Positions 53,642-62,819 of a stretch of 64,000 nt of DNA are shown here, in pieces (the first letter of the stretch is position 1; every line of letters begins with the position of its first letter). The notes under the pieces were generated by a model. The model was not told where the DNA came from and ran no database searches. It saw only the letters and a program-made list of their open reading frames with translations. This stretch comes from Candidatus Binatia bacterium (lineage in GTDB: Bacteria; Desulfobacterota; Binatia; UBA9968; JAJDTQ01): positions 4,448,001-4,512,000 of the forward strand of contig OY762897.2 in assembly GCA_963666515.2 (NCBI GenBank). Reading direction: 5' to 3'. The translations under genes were made by a program, and so were the position numbers.

Positions 53642-54661
53642 CTACTTCTTCCACCCCTGGTTGTTATACCAGGCCAGGGCCTTGTCGTAGAACTCCTGGA
53701 ACATGATGTCCTTCATCGGCGGGATCTTGGTGTCCTTGGCGATGGACTTGGTCCAGAAAGCCGAATCGATGTACGCCTTGATGCCCCCTGCGGTCGCCTG
53801 ACAGCGGTCGGGGATGGATTTCGCTTCCACCACCTCGATCTCGTACATCTTCTTGGCGATGTGCGGCTTGTTGCGCATCACGTTCTGGTAGACGTTCAGC
53901 ACCTCTTCGGCGTTCTTGGGGTCGTTAACGAAGGCGCATCCGCGAATGAGCGTGCCGAACAGGGCGACGGACTTGTCGGGGTTGTCCTTGATGAAGTTCT
54001 TGTTCATGGCGAGCTGCAGGAACGCATATTCCTTGACGAACTGTTCCGCGGCGCCGAGAACGGTCAACCCCGCATCGCGTGCCGCCAGCATCTTGCCGAA
54101 GGTGAGCGAGCCCACGTCGATCTTGCCGGCCTTGACGCCTGCCAACCGCGCGGACGATCCGCCGACCTTGACCAGACGCACGTCCTTCTCCGGGATGCCC
54201 GCGTTCTGCAGCAGCTTGAGGGAGACGTAGACGTTGCCGGACGTGGGAGAGCTGATGCCCACCTTCACCGGCCGCGGCAGGTCCTTGTAGGACTTGACGT
54301 GCTTCCCGCCTACGAGCCAGTAGGGCAGGGTGTTCAACTCGGTGCCGACGATGCGGATGTTGCTGCCCGGCCGAATGGCCAGCGCGATGTTGTCGTCCGA
54401 GCCGAAGAAGGGGAGCTGACCCCGTTCCAGAGCGAGGACCGCGGCATTCTCACCACCTGATACCGAGTAGACCCTGGCGTCGTAGCCGATGTCCTTGAAG
54501 AAACCCTTGTGGATGCCCACCTGCTCCACCAGCGACGTGGTGGAGTTGGTCTGCGCCACCGGAATGCGGAGCTTCTCCAACGCGAGCGCCTGACCGCCCC
54601 AGAGCAGTAGCGCGCCCAACAGGGCGGCGACGACCCCCTTGACGATGCACTTCTCCCTCAT
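53642..54661 (-). CDS. ABC transporter substrate-binding protein (NMT1/SsuA-like), paralog 3
   Basis: Signal peptide; GFFKDIG and VKVGGSSARLAG motifs. Confidence 0.88.
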   Translation of the reverse strand: MREKCIVKGVVAALLGALLLWGGQALALEKLRIPVAQTNSTTSLVEQVGIHKGFFKDIGYDARVYSVSGGENAAVLALERGQLPFFGSDDNIALAIRPGSNIRIVGTELNTLPYWLVGGKHVKSYKDLPRPVKVGISSPTSGNVYVSLKLLQNAGIPEKDVRLVKVGGSSARLAGVKAGKIDVGSLTFGKMLAARDAGLTVLGAAEQFVKEYAFLQLAMNKNFIKDNPDKSVALFGTLIRGCAFVNDPKNAEEVLNVYQNVMRNKPHIAKKMYEIEVVEAKSIPDRCQATAGGIKAYIDSAFWTKSIAKDTKIPPMKDIMFQEFYDKALAWYNNQGWKK

Positions 54662-54700
54662 GCGTTTCCTCCTTGGTTAAGCGCTGCGGCGCAGCGCATG

Positions 54701-54740
54701 AAAAAAGGCCGCCTCCGGCACCGTGGCGCCGGAGGCGGCC
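54701..54740 (-). terminator. Intrinsic terminator between SBP paralogs 2 and 3
   Basis: GGCCGCCTCCGGC...GCCGGAGGCGGCC followed by T6. Confidence 0.8.
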
Positions 54741-54749
54741 CGTACTCCG

Positions 54750-55769
54750 TTACTTCTTCGTCCAGCCCTTGTTCTTGTACCAGGCCAGGGCGCGGTCGTA
54801 GAACTCGGGGAACATGATCTGACTGGCCGGCGGTATCTTGGTGTCCGCCGAGATGGACTTGCTCCAGACGGCAGACTCGATGTACGCCTTGATAGCCGAC
54901 TCCGTGATCTGGCACCGGCTGGGTATGGACCCTCCGGCCACCTCGATGTTGTACATCTCTGCGCCGATGTCATCAGGGTTGCGCATGACCTTCGTGATCA
55001 CGTGCATCACCTCTTCCTTGTTTGCGGGGTCGTTCACGAAGGCACACCCGCGGATCAGGGTGCCGAACATGGCCTCGGCCTTGTCCGGGTTGTCCTTGAT
55101 GTAGTTCTTGTTCATGGCGAGCTGCAGGAATGCGTATTCCTTGACGAACTGGTTCGCCGCGCCGAGGATCGACAGGTCCGCCTTCTTGGCGCGCAGCATC
55201 ATGCCGAAGGTCAGCGAGCCCACGTCGATCTTGCCGCCCTTGACGCCCGCCAGCCGCGCCGACGATCCGCCGACCTTGACCAGCCGGGTGTCCTTTTGGG
55301 GGATGCCGGCCGCCTCGAGCAGCTTGAGGGACACGTAGACGTTACCCGAGGTGGGAGAGCTGATCCCGACCTTCACCGGCCGCGGCAGGTCCTTGTATGC
55401 CTTGACGTGTTTCCCGGCCACGAGCCAGTACGGCAGCACGTTCATCTCGCTGCCAATGACCCGGATGTTGCTGCCCGGCCGAATGGCGAGGGGGATGTTG
55501 TCGTCCGAGCCGAAGAAGGGGAGCTGGCCCCGTTCCAGGGCGAGGACGGCGGCGTTCTCACCACCCGATACCGAGTAGACCCTGGCGTTATAGCCGATTT
55601 CCTTGAAGAAGCCCTTGTAGATGGCGGTCTGCTCCACCAGCGCCGTGGTGGTGCTGGTCATCGCGACCGGGATGCGGAGATCCTCCATCGCGAGCGCTTG
55701 GCCACCGAATAGCAGACCGGCTCCCAGAAAGGCTGCGGCGATTGTTTTCCAAATGCGCTTGGATTTCAT
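54750..55769 (-). CDS. ABC transporter substrate-binding protein, paralog 2
   Basis: Near-identical core to its neighbours; signal peptide. Confidence 0.88.
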   Translation of the reverse strand: MKSKRIWKTIAAAFLGAGLLFGGQALAMEDLRIPVAMTSTTTALVEQTAIYKGFFKEIGYNARVYSVSGGENAAVLALERGQLPFFGSDDNIPLAIRPGSNIRVIGSEMNVLPYWLVAGKHVKAYKDLPRPVKVGISSPTSGNVYVSLKLLEAAGIPQKDTRLVKVGGSSARLAGVKGGKIDVGSLTFGMMLRAKKADLSILGAANQFVKEYAFLQLAMNKNYIKDNPDKAEAMFGTLIRGCAFVNDPANKEEVMHVITKVMRNPDDIGAEMYNIEVAGGSIPSRCQITESAIKAYIESAVWSKSISADTKIPPASQIMFPEFYDRALAWYKNKGWTKK

Positions 55770-55785
55770 GAGTAGTCCTCCTTTG

Positions 55786-56808
55786 CTACTTTTTCATCCA
55801 GCCCTTGTTGTTGTACCAGGCAAGGCCCTTGGCGTAGAACTCGGGAAACAGGATCTGGTCGATGGGCGGAACCTTGGTGTCCGCCGGGATGGACTTGGTC
55901 CAGAAGGCCGAATCGAGGAAGGCCTTGATGCCCGCCTCGGTGCCCTGGCAGCGGTCCGGGATGTGCTTGCTCTCGATCACCTCGATCTCGTACATCTCCT
56001 TGGCCAGGCTCGGCTTGTTGCGCATGACCTTCGTGAGGACGTGCATCACCTCTTCCCTGTTCTTCGGGTCGTTGACGTACGCACACCCGCGGACGAGGGT
56101 GCCGAACATGGCCGTGGCCTTGTCCGGATTGTCCTTGATGTAGTTCCTGTTCATGCCGAGTTGCGTAAAGGCGTACTCCTTCACGAACTGGTTGGCGGCG
56201 CCGAGGATCGTCAGTTCCGCTTCCCTGGCGCGCAGCATGTTGCCGAAGGTGAGCGACCCCACGTCGATCTTGCCCGCCTTGACGCCCGCCAAGCGCGCCG
56301 ACGACCCGCCGACCTTCACCAGGCGCACGTCCTTTCTGTGGATGCCGGCGGTCTCGAGCAGCTTGAGGGACACGTAGACATTGCCCGAGGTGGGAGAGCT
56401 GATACCTACTTTCACGGGCCTTGGCAGGTCCTTGTACGACTTGACGTGTTTGCCGCCCACCAGCCAGTAGGGCAGCGTGTTCATCAAGGTGCCGACGACC
56501 CGGATGTTGCTGCCGGGACGAATGGCCAGGGGAACGACGTCGTCCGAGCTGAAGAAGGGGAGTTGACCCCGTTCCAGGGCCAGCACGGCGGCGTTCTCGC
56601 CGCCCGACACCGAGTAGACCGCGGCGTCGTAGCCGATCTCCTTGAACCAGCCCTTGTATATGCCCATCTGCTGCACCAGCGCGGTGCTCGAGTTGGGGGA
56701 CGCCACCGGGATACGCAGCTTCTCCAGGGCCAGCGCGTGGCCGGCGAATAACAGGCTTGCTCCCAACAGGGCTGCGGCGACTCTTCCTGCGACAAGTTCA
56801 GTTTTCAT
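55786..56808 (-). CDS. ABC transporter substrate-binding protein, paralog 1
   Basis: Near-identical core to its neighbours; signal peptide. Confidence 0.88.
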   Translation of the reverse strand: MKTELVAGRVAAALLGASLLFAGHALALEKLRIPVASPNSSTALVQQMGIYKGWFKEIGYDAAVYSVSGGENAAVLALERGQLPFFSSDDVVPLAIRPGSNIRVVGTLMNTLPYWLVGGKHVKSYKDLPRPVKVGISSPTSGNVYVSLKLLETAGIHRKDVRLVKVGGSSARLAGVKAGKIDVGSLTFGNMLRAREAELTILGAANQFVKEYAFTQLGMNRNYIKDNPDKATAMFGTLVRGCAYVNDPKNREEVMHVLTKVMRNKPSLAKEMYEIEVIESKHIPDRCQGTEAGIKAFLDSAFWTKSIPADTKVPPIDQILFPEFYAKGLAWYNNKGWMKK

Positions 56809-56896
56809 CGGCTTCCCTCCTTGTTTGTGAGACTCAGCCCAGAACTTCGCGTCATTGCCGGTGCATAGGAATGGCGCTCGCCTGGCGAACTGCAGA

Positions 56897-57688
56897 CTAT
56901 TCCTCCATGGCCTTGCGGGCTTCGTCCGCCAGCAGCTCCCAAATGTCGTGCTTGATCTGCAGGAACTCGGGTTCTTCCTTGACTCGTAGTGTGCGGGGGG
57001 TGGGGAACGGGACCTTGATCTCCTTCATGATGGTGCCGGGCCGGAAGCTGAAGCAGAACACGATATCGGAAAGGAAGACGGCTTCCTCGATATCGTGGGT
57101 GACGAAAATCACGATCTTGCCGGAGTTCTTCCAGTCCACCATGCGCTGGAGCTCTTCCTGCATGAGCAGGCGCGTCTGTGCGTCCAGCGATGCGAAGGGC
57201 TCGTCCATCAGAAGGATTTCGGGATTCACGGCCAGTGCCCGGGCGAGGTTCACCCTCTGCTGCATGCCGCCGGACAGTTCATGGGGGTAGTGGCTCTCGA
57301 AGCCGCGCAGGCCGACGATCTGCGTGTACTTGTCGCAGATTTCCATCTTCTCCGTGGCGCTCTTGGTGCGGTCGTTCTCGATACCGAACTTGATGTTGTC
57401 GGTCACGTTGCGCCAAGGCAGCAGCAGGGCCTGCTGGAACACCACGGCCTTGTTGGGCGTCGGGCCGACCACCTCGTCCCCGTCCAGAAGGATGCGGCCC
57501 CGGGTGGGCGGAAGCAGTCCGTGGATCATGTGCAGCATGGTCGTCTTGCCGCATCCGCTGGGACCGACGAACGAATAGAACGTCCCCGGCCGGAGATCCA
57601 TGTCGATCCCGCCCACGGCGTGGACCGTCTCTCCGGTGGGTTTCATGAATGTTTTGTGGACCTGTTCTACCTGAATCGATGACGACAC
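56897..57688 (-). CDS. ABC transporter ATP-binding protein (TauB/SsuB-like)
   Basis: GPSGCGKT, LSGGMQQR, LLMDEPF and VTHD motifs. Confidence 0.93.
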   Translation of the reverse strand: MSSSIQVEQVHKTFMKPTGETVHAVGGIDMDLRPGTFYSFVGPSGCGKTTMLHMIHGLLPPTRGRILLDGDEVVGPTPNKAVVFQQALLLPWRNVTDNIKFGIENDRTKSATEKMEICDKYTQIVGLRGFESHYPHELSGGMQQRVNLARALAVNPEILLMDEPFASLDAQTRLLMQEELQRMVDWKNSGKIVIFVTHDIEEAVFLSDIVFCFSFRPGTIMKEIKVPFPTPRTLRVKEEPEFLQIKHDIWELLADEARKAMEE

Positions 57689-57691
57689 GGA

Positions 57692-58477
57692 CTACTCCTG
57701 TAGTTGGGTATCACGCCAGGGCGCCATGCGGCGCTCGATCATGAGGATGACCTGGTTGAAGATCACGCCGGTGCCGGCGAGCATGGCCGCGCACGACATC
57801 ATGAGCGGCATGTTGAAGGTGTCGAGCCCCTTGAAAAGCTGATAGCCGAGGCCCGCATAGGCGCCGAAATATTCTCCCACGACGACGCCGACGATCCCGC
57901 GGGAGATGCCCAGGCGCAGCCCCGTGACGATGTACGGGAGCGAACCCGGAATCAGGATCTTGTAGAGGATCTGGCGCTGGGGGATGCAGAACGAGTTGGC
58001 CAGGGTCTGGAACTCCTTGCCGACGCTCAGCACCCCCGTGTAGGTGTTCAGGACGATGGGGACCACCGCGGTGATGAGGACGATGACGATCTTGGCGGTG
58101 AGGTCCACGCCGAACCAGATGATGATGAGCGGGGCCAGGGCCACCGACGGGGTGGCGTAGATGGCGCTGAGCCAGGGATCGAAGAACTCCCGGAACACCC
58201 GGCTGATGCCGAACACCATGCCGAAGCCGATGCCCGAGGCCGCGGCCACGGCGTAGCCCCAGAAGAACTCGATGCCGCTGATCTGAAGATCGTCGAGGAT
58301 CTCGCCGCTGGCGAAGAGCTCGTAGGTGTAGGTGACGACCCGCCACGGGCCCACGAAGAACAGCTCGCTGCCCACCTGCCAGTCCGCGAACTGCCAGAAC
58401 GCCGCAACGATGGCGAAACCGAAGAAGGCGTTCAGCCACTTGCGCTGCTGCTGATAAAGGTTTGACAAGGCTTCCAT
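57692..58477 (-). CDS. ABC transporter permease (TauC/SsuC-like)
   Basis: ALAPLIIIWFG, PGSLPYIVTGLR and GLGY motifs. Confidence 0.92.
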   Translation of the reverse strand: MEALSNLYQQQRKWLNAFFGFAIVAAFWQFADWQVGSELFFVGPWRVVTYTYELFASGEILDDLQISGIEFFWGYAVAAASGIGFGMVFGISRVFREFFDPWLSAIYATPSVALAPLIIIWFGVDLTAKIVIVLITAVVPIVLNTYTGVLSVGKEFQTLANSFCIPQRQILYKILIPGSLPYIVTGLRLGISRGIVGVVVGEYFGAYAGLGYQLFKGLDTFNMPLMMSCAAMLAGTGVIFNQVILMIERRMAPWRDTQLQE

Positions 58478-58501
58478 GGTCCTGCTTCCGGCTCTTTCGA
58501 C

Positions 58502-59329
58502 CTACACCAGGGTCTTTCTGTAAGGCGTGGCCCAGCGCTCGACGAACTTCAGCGCCTCGTTGCCGGCGATGCCCATGATGGTCAGCAGCGAGATGCCCAC
58601 CATCATCTCGGCCACGTGGAACGTCTGCGTGGCGTGGTCGATCATGTAGCCGATGCCGGCCTCGGCGCCGAACAGCTCTGCGACCATGATGGTGACCACG
58701 GACCGGGAGTAGCCGAGCCGAAGGCCCGCGATCAGGAACGGCATCGATCCCGGCACGATGATCTTGGTCAGCATGGCCCAGAAGGAAATGTTGAACGCCC
58801 GGCCCAGCATGCGGAACTCGCCCTGGACGTTCTTGATGCCGGCCTGGGTGTTGATGATCACGGGGAAGACCGAGGCCAGGGTGATGACGCCGACCTTGGA
58901 GGCGATGCCCAGCCCCAGCCAGATGATGAACAGCGGTGCGGCCACCGAGCGCGGCGTGGCGTAGAGACCCACCAGGATGGGGGAGAACATCTCGTCCAGG
59001 GTCCGGCTGAAGGCCACCCCTGCGCCGATGACCACCCCGAGAAACGTGGCCAAGGCGAAGCCGTACACGAGTTCGGTGCTGCTGTAGCTCACGTGCTCCC
59101 AGAAGCGGGGCTCGTAGATCAGCACGGTGAACTCGATTGCCACCGCGACGGGGCCGGTGAAGAAGTCGGGGTCGTCGAAGATGAAGTCGATGAACTCCCA
59201 CGTCAACAGGGCCAAGACCACGGACAGGCAGAAGTTGATGCCGATGCGGTGGCGGTTGTAGGCGGCTCTCACCGACGCTGCAAACGAATCGTCGGTGTCT
59301 TCGAGGGGTATCTCTTGTGTCTTGCTCAT
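58502..59329 (-). CDS. ABC transporter permease (TauC/SsuC-like)
   Basis: PLFIIWLG, PGSMPFLIAGLR and AELFG..GIGY motifs. Confidence 0.92.
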   Translation of the reverse strand: MSKTQEIPLEDTDDSFAASVRAAYNRHRIGINFCLSVVLALLTWEFIDFIFDDPDFFTGPVAVAIEFTVLIYEPRFWEHVSYSSTELVYGFALATFLGVVIGAGVAFSRTLDEMFSPILVGLYATPRSVAAPLFIIWLGLGIASKVGVITLASVFPVIINTQAGIKNVQGEFRMLGRAFNISFWAMLTKIIVPGSMPFLIAGLRLGYSRSVVTIMVAELFGAEAGIGYMIDHATQTFHVAEMMVGISLLTIMGIAGNEALKFVERWATPYRKTLV

Positions 59330-59377
59330 GGAATTCGATGGGCGCGGGAATGGGGCTCCGATTCGGTCAAGCCCTGC

Positions 59378-59406
59378 GTCTTACGGGTATTGCGAACATA
59401 TGTCAA
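59378..59406 (-). promoter_or_regulatory. sigma70-type promoter of the ABC operon
   Basis: TTGACA-17 nt-TAAGAC. Confidence 0.55.
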
Positions 59407-59490
59407 GCGGTTTTGGATGCCCGTTTTCGGCAATTTTTCGGGCGAATTGCGCGCTGCTGACTCCGTCTCGACACCCGCCGGACGAAGGGC

Positions 59491-60036
59491 CTACACCACG
59501 ACCACCTCGTCGGCTTCGTCGATTTCCGCGACCCTGACGCGCACGTCGCCGCCCTTCGACACGTCGACCTCCTTGCCCACCAGACGGGCCTCGATGGGCA
59601 GTTCCCGTCCGCCCCGGTCCACCAACACGGCCAGGAAGATGGCCTTGGGCCGGCCCAGGGCCATCAGGTGGTCCACGGCGGCGCGCACGGTGCGGCCCGT
59701 ATGGAGGACATCGTCGAACAGGATCAGGGTCCTGTCGGTGACCTCGAACGGGATGTGGGTAGCGTCGATGCGTCCCTTGGGGAGCAGCGTGTTGAGGTCG
59801 TCGCGGTAGAGGGTGATGTCCAGTTCGCCCACTGGCACCTGCAAGGCGTGCCGTTGCCCGAGGATATCCGCCACCCGCCGGGCCAGGGTCGGGCCCCGGG
59901 TGCGGATGCCGATGAACGCCAGCGAGCCGGAGTCCCGGTAGTCCTCGGAGATGCGTCGGGCAAAGCCCGTGAGGACCCGTTTGATCTGCGCCGCGCTGAG
60001 CACGCGGGTGGTCTTGGCCGGCCTAGATTTCTGCAT
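59491..60036 (-). CDS. pyrR: Pyrimidine regulatory protein/uracil phosphoribosyltransferase PyrR
   Basis: GIRTRG, LDITLYRDD, DDVLHTGRT and DRGGRELPI motifs. Confidence 0.93.
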   Translation of the reverse strand: MQKSRPAKTTRVLSAAQIKRVLTGFARRISEDYRDSGSLAFIGIRTRGPTLARRVADILGQRHALQVPVGELDITLYRDDLNTLLPKGRIDATHIPFEVTDRTLILFDDVLHTGRTVRAAVDHLMALGRPKAIFLAVLVDRGGRELPIEARLVGKEVDVSKGGDVRVRVAEIDEADEVVVV

Positions 60037-61282
60037 GAGCGGCTCTCAGGATGGCTTCCACAAGGAGCTGGGTTCCGAGGCAGATGTCCTCGGGGTCGGT
60101 CCACTCCGTCGGGTTGTGACTGACGCCGTTGGTGCTGGGAATGAAGATCATGCCGGTGGGCGCGACCCGGGCCATCTGCATGGCGTCGTGCCCAGCCCCC
60201 GACGGCATCACCTCGAAGGGAACGTCGCGTTCCTCGCACATGCCGCGGATGAGCGCGATCACGCCCGGGTGCATGGCCACCGGCTCCTCGTCCCGGATGG
60301 TCACGATCTCGGCCTTCACGCCCCGCTCCCGGGCGATCTGCCGGGCCCGCTTCCGGATCAGCCCGGCCACCTTGCGCTTGGAGGCGGAGGTGATGCTGCG
60401 CACGTCCACCTGCAGTTCCGCCCGGCCGGGTATGGCGTTGATGACCCCCGGCTCCACCTTGACCGCGCCCACCGTGCCCACCACCCGGCCCTTCTCCGTG
60501 GCGGAATGTTCCCGGCAGACCTCGTCGATGTAGGTGATGAGGTATCCCGCGGCCACCAGCGCGTCCTTGCGCATTTCCATGGGGGTGGTGCCGCTGTGGT
60601 CCGCCTGCCCCTTGAAGACCACCCTGAACCGGCTCGGGGCGGCGATGGCCGTGACCACGCCGATCTTCTTCTTCTTCGATTCGAGCACGGGTCCCTGCTC
60701 GATGTGGAGTTCGAGGTAGGCCTTGACCGTGTCGGGATCCCGTTTCAGCGAGTCGAGGTTCTCCCGGTAGATGCCCAGGCTCGACAGCACGTCCTCGAGC
60801 CGGTTGCCGCCCGCGTCCACGGCGTTGGCGAAGTCGTCCATGGTGACGTCGCCCGCCACCAGGCTGCTGCCCAGGGTGGCGAACCCGAAACGGCTGGATT
60901 CCTCGCCGACGAAGCAGACGCTTTCCAGCGGCGCCGGCAGGGAAACGCCGCTCTCCTTGATGGTGCGCACCGCTTCGAGGGCGCCGATGACCCCCACCGG
61001 GCCGTCGTACCGCCCCCCCTGGACCACCGAATCGAGGTGCGACCCGGCCAGCACCGCCGGTCCTTCCCGTGCCGCCGCCAGCCGCCCGAAGATGTTCCCC
61101 GCCGCGTCCACGTGCACGTCCAGGCCGGCCTGGTTCATCAGGTGGACCAGCAGTTGCCGGGATCGCAGCTCGTGCACCGAGAACACCAGCCGCGTGACCG
61201 CGCCGCCCTCGCCCAGGCCGATGCGCGACACCGCGTTGAGGTCGCGCAAGAGCCTGTCTCTATTGATTTCGGGGACTTCCAT
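60023..61282 (-). CDS. Zn-dependent N-carbamoyl amidohydrolase (HyuC/AllC/PydC family)
   Basis: GSHLDS..GGRYDG, EE.SRF, ELHIEQG, HSGTTPM, SGAGHDA and SHNP.E motifs. Confidence 0.92.
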   Translation of the reverse strand: MEVPEINRDRLLRDLNAVSRIGLGEGGAVTRLVFSVHELRSRQLLVHLMNQAGLDVHVDAAGNIFGRLAAAREGPAVLAGSHLDSVVQGGRYDGPVGVIGALEAVRTIKESGVSLPAPLESVCFVGEESSRFGFATLGSSLVAGDVTMDDFANAVDAGGNRLEDVLSSLGIYRENLDSLKRDPDTVKAYLELHIEQGPVLESKKKKIGVVTAIAAPSRFRVVFKGQADHSGTTPMEMRKDALVAAGYLITYIDEVCREHSATEKGRVVGTVGAVKVEPGVINAIPGRAELQVDVRSITSASKRKVAGLIRKRARQIARERGVKAEIVTIRDEEPVAMHPGVIALIRGMCEERDVPFEVMPSGAGHDAMQMARVAPTGMIFIPSTNGVSHNPTEWTDPEDICLGTQLLVEAILRAAHAEI

Positions 61283-61383
61283 CCGACGACTCGACCGATC
61301 GGGAGAGGAAGCATGGTAACAGGAAAGGACGGACGTAAACAACGTCTGGCAAAGGCTCATCCGCCGTGATAAGAACCGCATCC

Positions 61384-62052
61384 ATGTCCGAGACCGGAAA
61401 GAGAATCGCCGAGTTGCTGCTGAGCACGCAGTCCATCCAGGTGTACGACGAAAGACCCTTCGTGTTCGTCTCGGGCCGGGTCTCGCCGGTCTACATCGAC
61501 TGCCGCCGTCTGCTGTCCTTCCCGGAGGCCCGGGACGAGATCCTGGAGGCGCTGGCGCAGATCGCGCGCCGCGACATCGGCCTCGACAACATGGACGTGG
61601 TGGCCGGGGGCGAGACCGCGGGCATTCCCTATGCCGCCTTCGTCTCCCACTACCTGCGGAAGCCCATGATCTACATCCGCAAGAACCCCAAGGGCTACGG
61701 GCACACCAACCAGATCGAAGGCGTCCTTGGCGAGGGCCAGCGGGTCACGCTGGTGGAGGACTTGGTGACCGACGGCTTCAGCAAGCTCCGCTTCAACATC
61801 GGGGTCCGCGCCCAGAAGGCGCGCATCACTCACTGCCTCTGTGTCTTCGAGTACAGCTCCGACAATCTGGACATGCACGAGGGAAAGAAGAACCTGGGCG
61901 ACCACGACATCAGCCTGCACACCCTGTCCAACTGGGACGACGTCCTGGACGCCGGCGAAGAGACGCAGTTCTTCTCTCAGGAGAACCGGGACCAGATCGT
62001 CGATTTCCTCAAGGACCCCTCCAACTGGGGCCGCCGCATGGGCTTCGAGTAA
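61384..62052 (+). CDS. pyrE: Orotate phosphoribosyltransferase
   Basis: SGRVSPVYIDCR, YIRKNPKGYG and VEDLVTDG motifs. Confidence 0.9.
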   Translation: MSETGKRIAELLLSTQSIQVYDERPFVFVSGRVSPVYIDCRRLLSFPEARDEILEALAQIARRDIGLDNMDVVAGGETAGIPYAAFVSHYLRKPMIYIRKNPKGYGHTNQIEGVLGEGQRVTLVEDLVTDGFSKLRFNIGVRAQKARITHCLCVFEYSSDNLDMHEGKKNLGDHDISLHTLSNWDDVLDAGEETQFFSQENRDQIVDFLKDPSNWGRRMGFE

Positions 62053-62079
62053 CGGCCGCTGCCGACAATGCCCGAACCC

Positions 62080-62105
62080 GTCATTCCGGCGAAAGCCGGA
62101 ATCCA
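62080..62105. repeat. REP-like palindromic element
   Basis: GTCATTCCGGC-GAAA-GCCGGAATCCA between convergent genes. Confidence 0.65.
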
Positions 62106-62133
62106 GGCGGGGCGGGGAGCGGTAGGTCTGCCG

Positions 62134-62766
62134 TCACTCCTCCTCGTAGATCTCCACATCCACCGGCTTTCCCCCCACCGGCATGTCCGGGCACGCGCTG
62201 AAGGCCGCCAGAAGGTCCCGCTCCGCGCGCATGTCCACGTTGGTGGGCGCCGCAGGCCGGATGGCGGTGTGCTGCATCAGCCCGGTCTTGCCGTCGATGA
62301 TCATGTGCTGGAAGAGGTTGAAGGGGCTCGGAATATCCTCCGGCGCGATGTCGTAGGGCGCCAGCGCCCCGGACAGGTTCTCCCAGCAGCCGTGGTCCGG
62401 GATCTCGTCGTCCCGGTAGTCCCGGTGGTAGTACTCCCGCAGCCGCCCCTCCTCCTTGGCCAACTGGAAGCGGCGTCCGCTGCACATTCCCTTCTGCAGG
62501 TCGTGGGTGCCTTCCTCGAAGGTGTCCGCCACGATGGTCATGAAGTGTTGGTTGTCCCGGGACATCAGCTTGTCGCCGGTGCTCAGGAAGATTTTCCCGT
62601 TGTAGACCTTGGTGCGGGCCTGGTCGAACCGCTCCCGCAGGTTGTCCCGGTCCAGCACCAGGAAGTCCACCGTGGACATGGCGATGATGCGGATGATCTG
62701 CCCCTCCTTGAGGTCCCCGGACCAGCCGCTGTTGGCGGCGACGTGCTCGCTGGATATCTTTTTCAT
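62134..62766 (-). CDS. DUF1989 family protein (second copy)
   Basis: ERFDQARTK, HDLQKGMCS, HGCWENL and SACP motifs. Confidence 0.88.
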   Translation of the reverse strand: MKKISSEHVAANSGWSGDLKEGQIIRIIAMSTVDFLVLDRDNLRERFDQARTKVYNGKIFLSTGDKLMSRDNQHFMTIVADTFEEGTHDLQKGMCSGRRFQLAKEEGRLREYYHRDYRDDEIPDHGCWENLSGALAPYDIAPEDIPSPFNLFQHMIIDGKTGLMQHTAIRPAAPTNVDMRAERDLLAAFSACPDMPVGGKPVDVEIYEEE

Positions 62767-62819
62767 GTCGGCCTCCTTCGCAGCCGAATGTGGCCCGGCG
62801 CGCGGGGATTTTCAACACC

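Noticed and set aside
59330-59490. PyrR-binding attenuator before the ABC operon
   Set aside because: No recognisable PyrR binding-loop motif or terminator; only a promoter is seen
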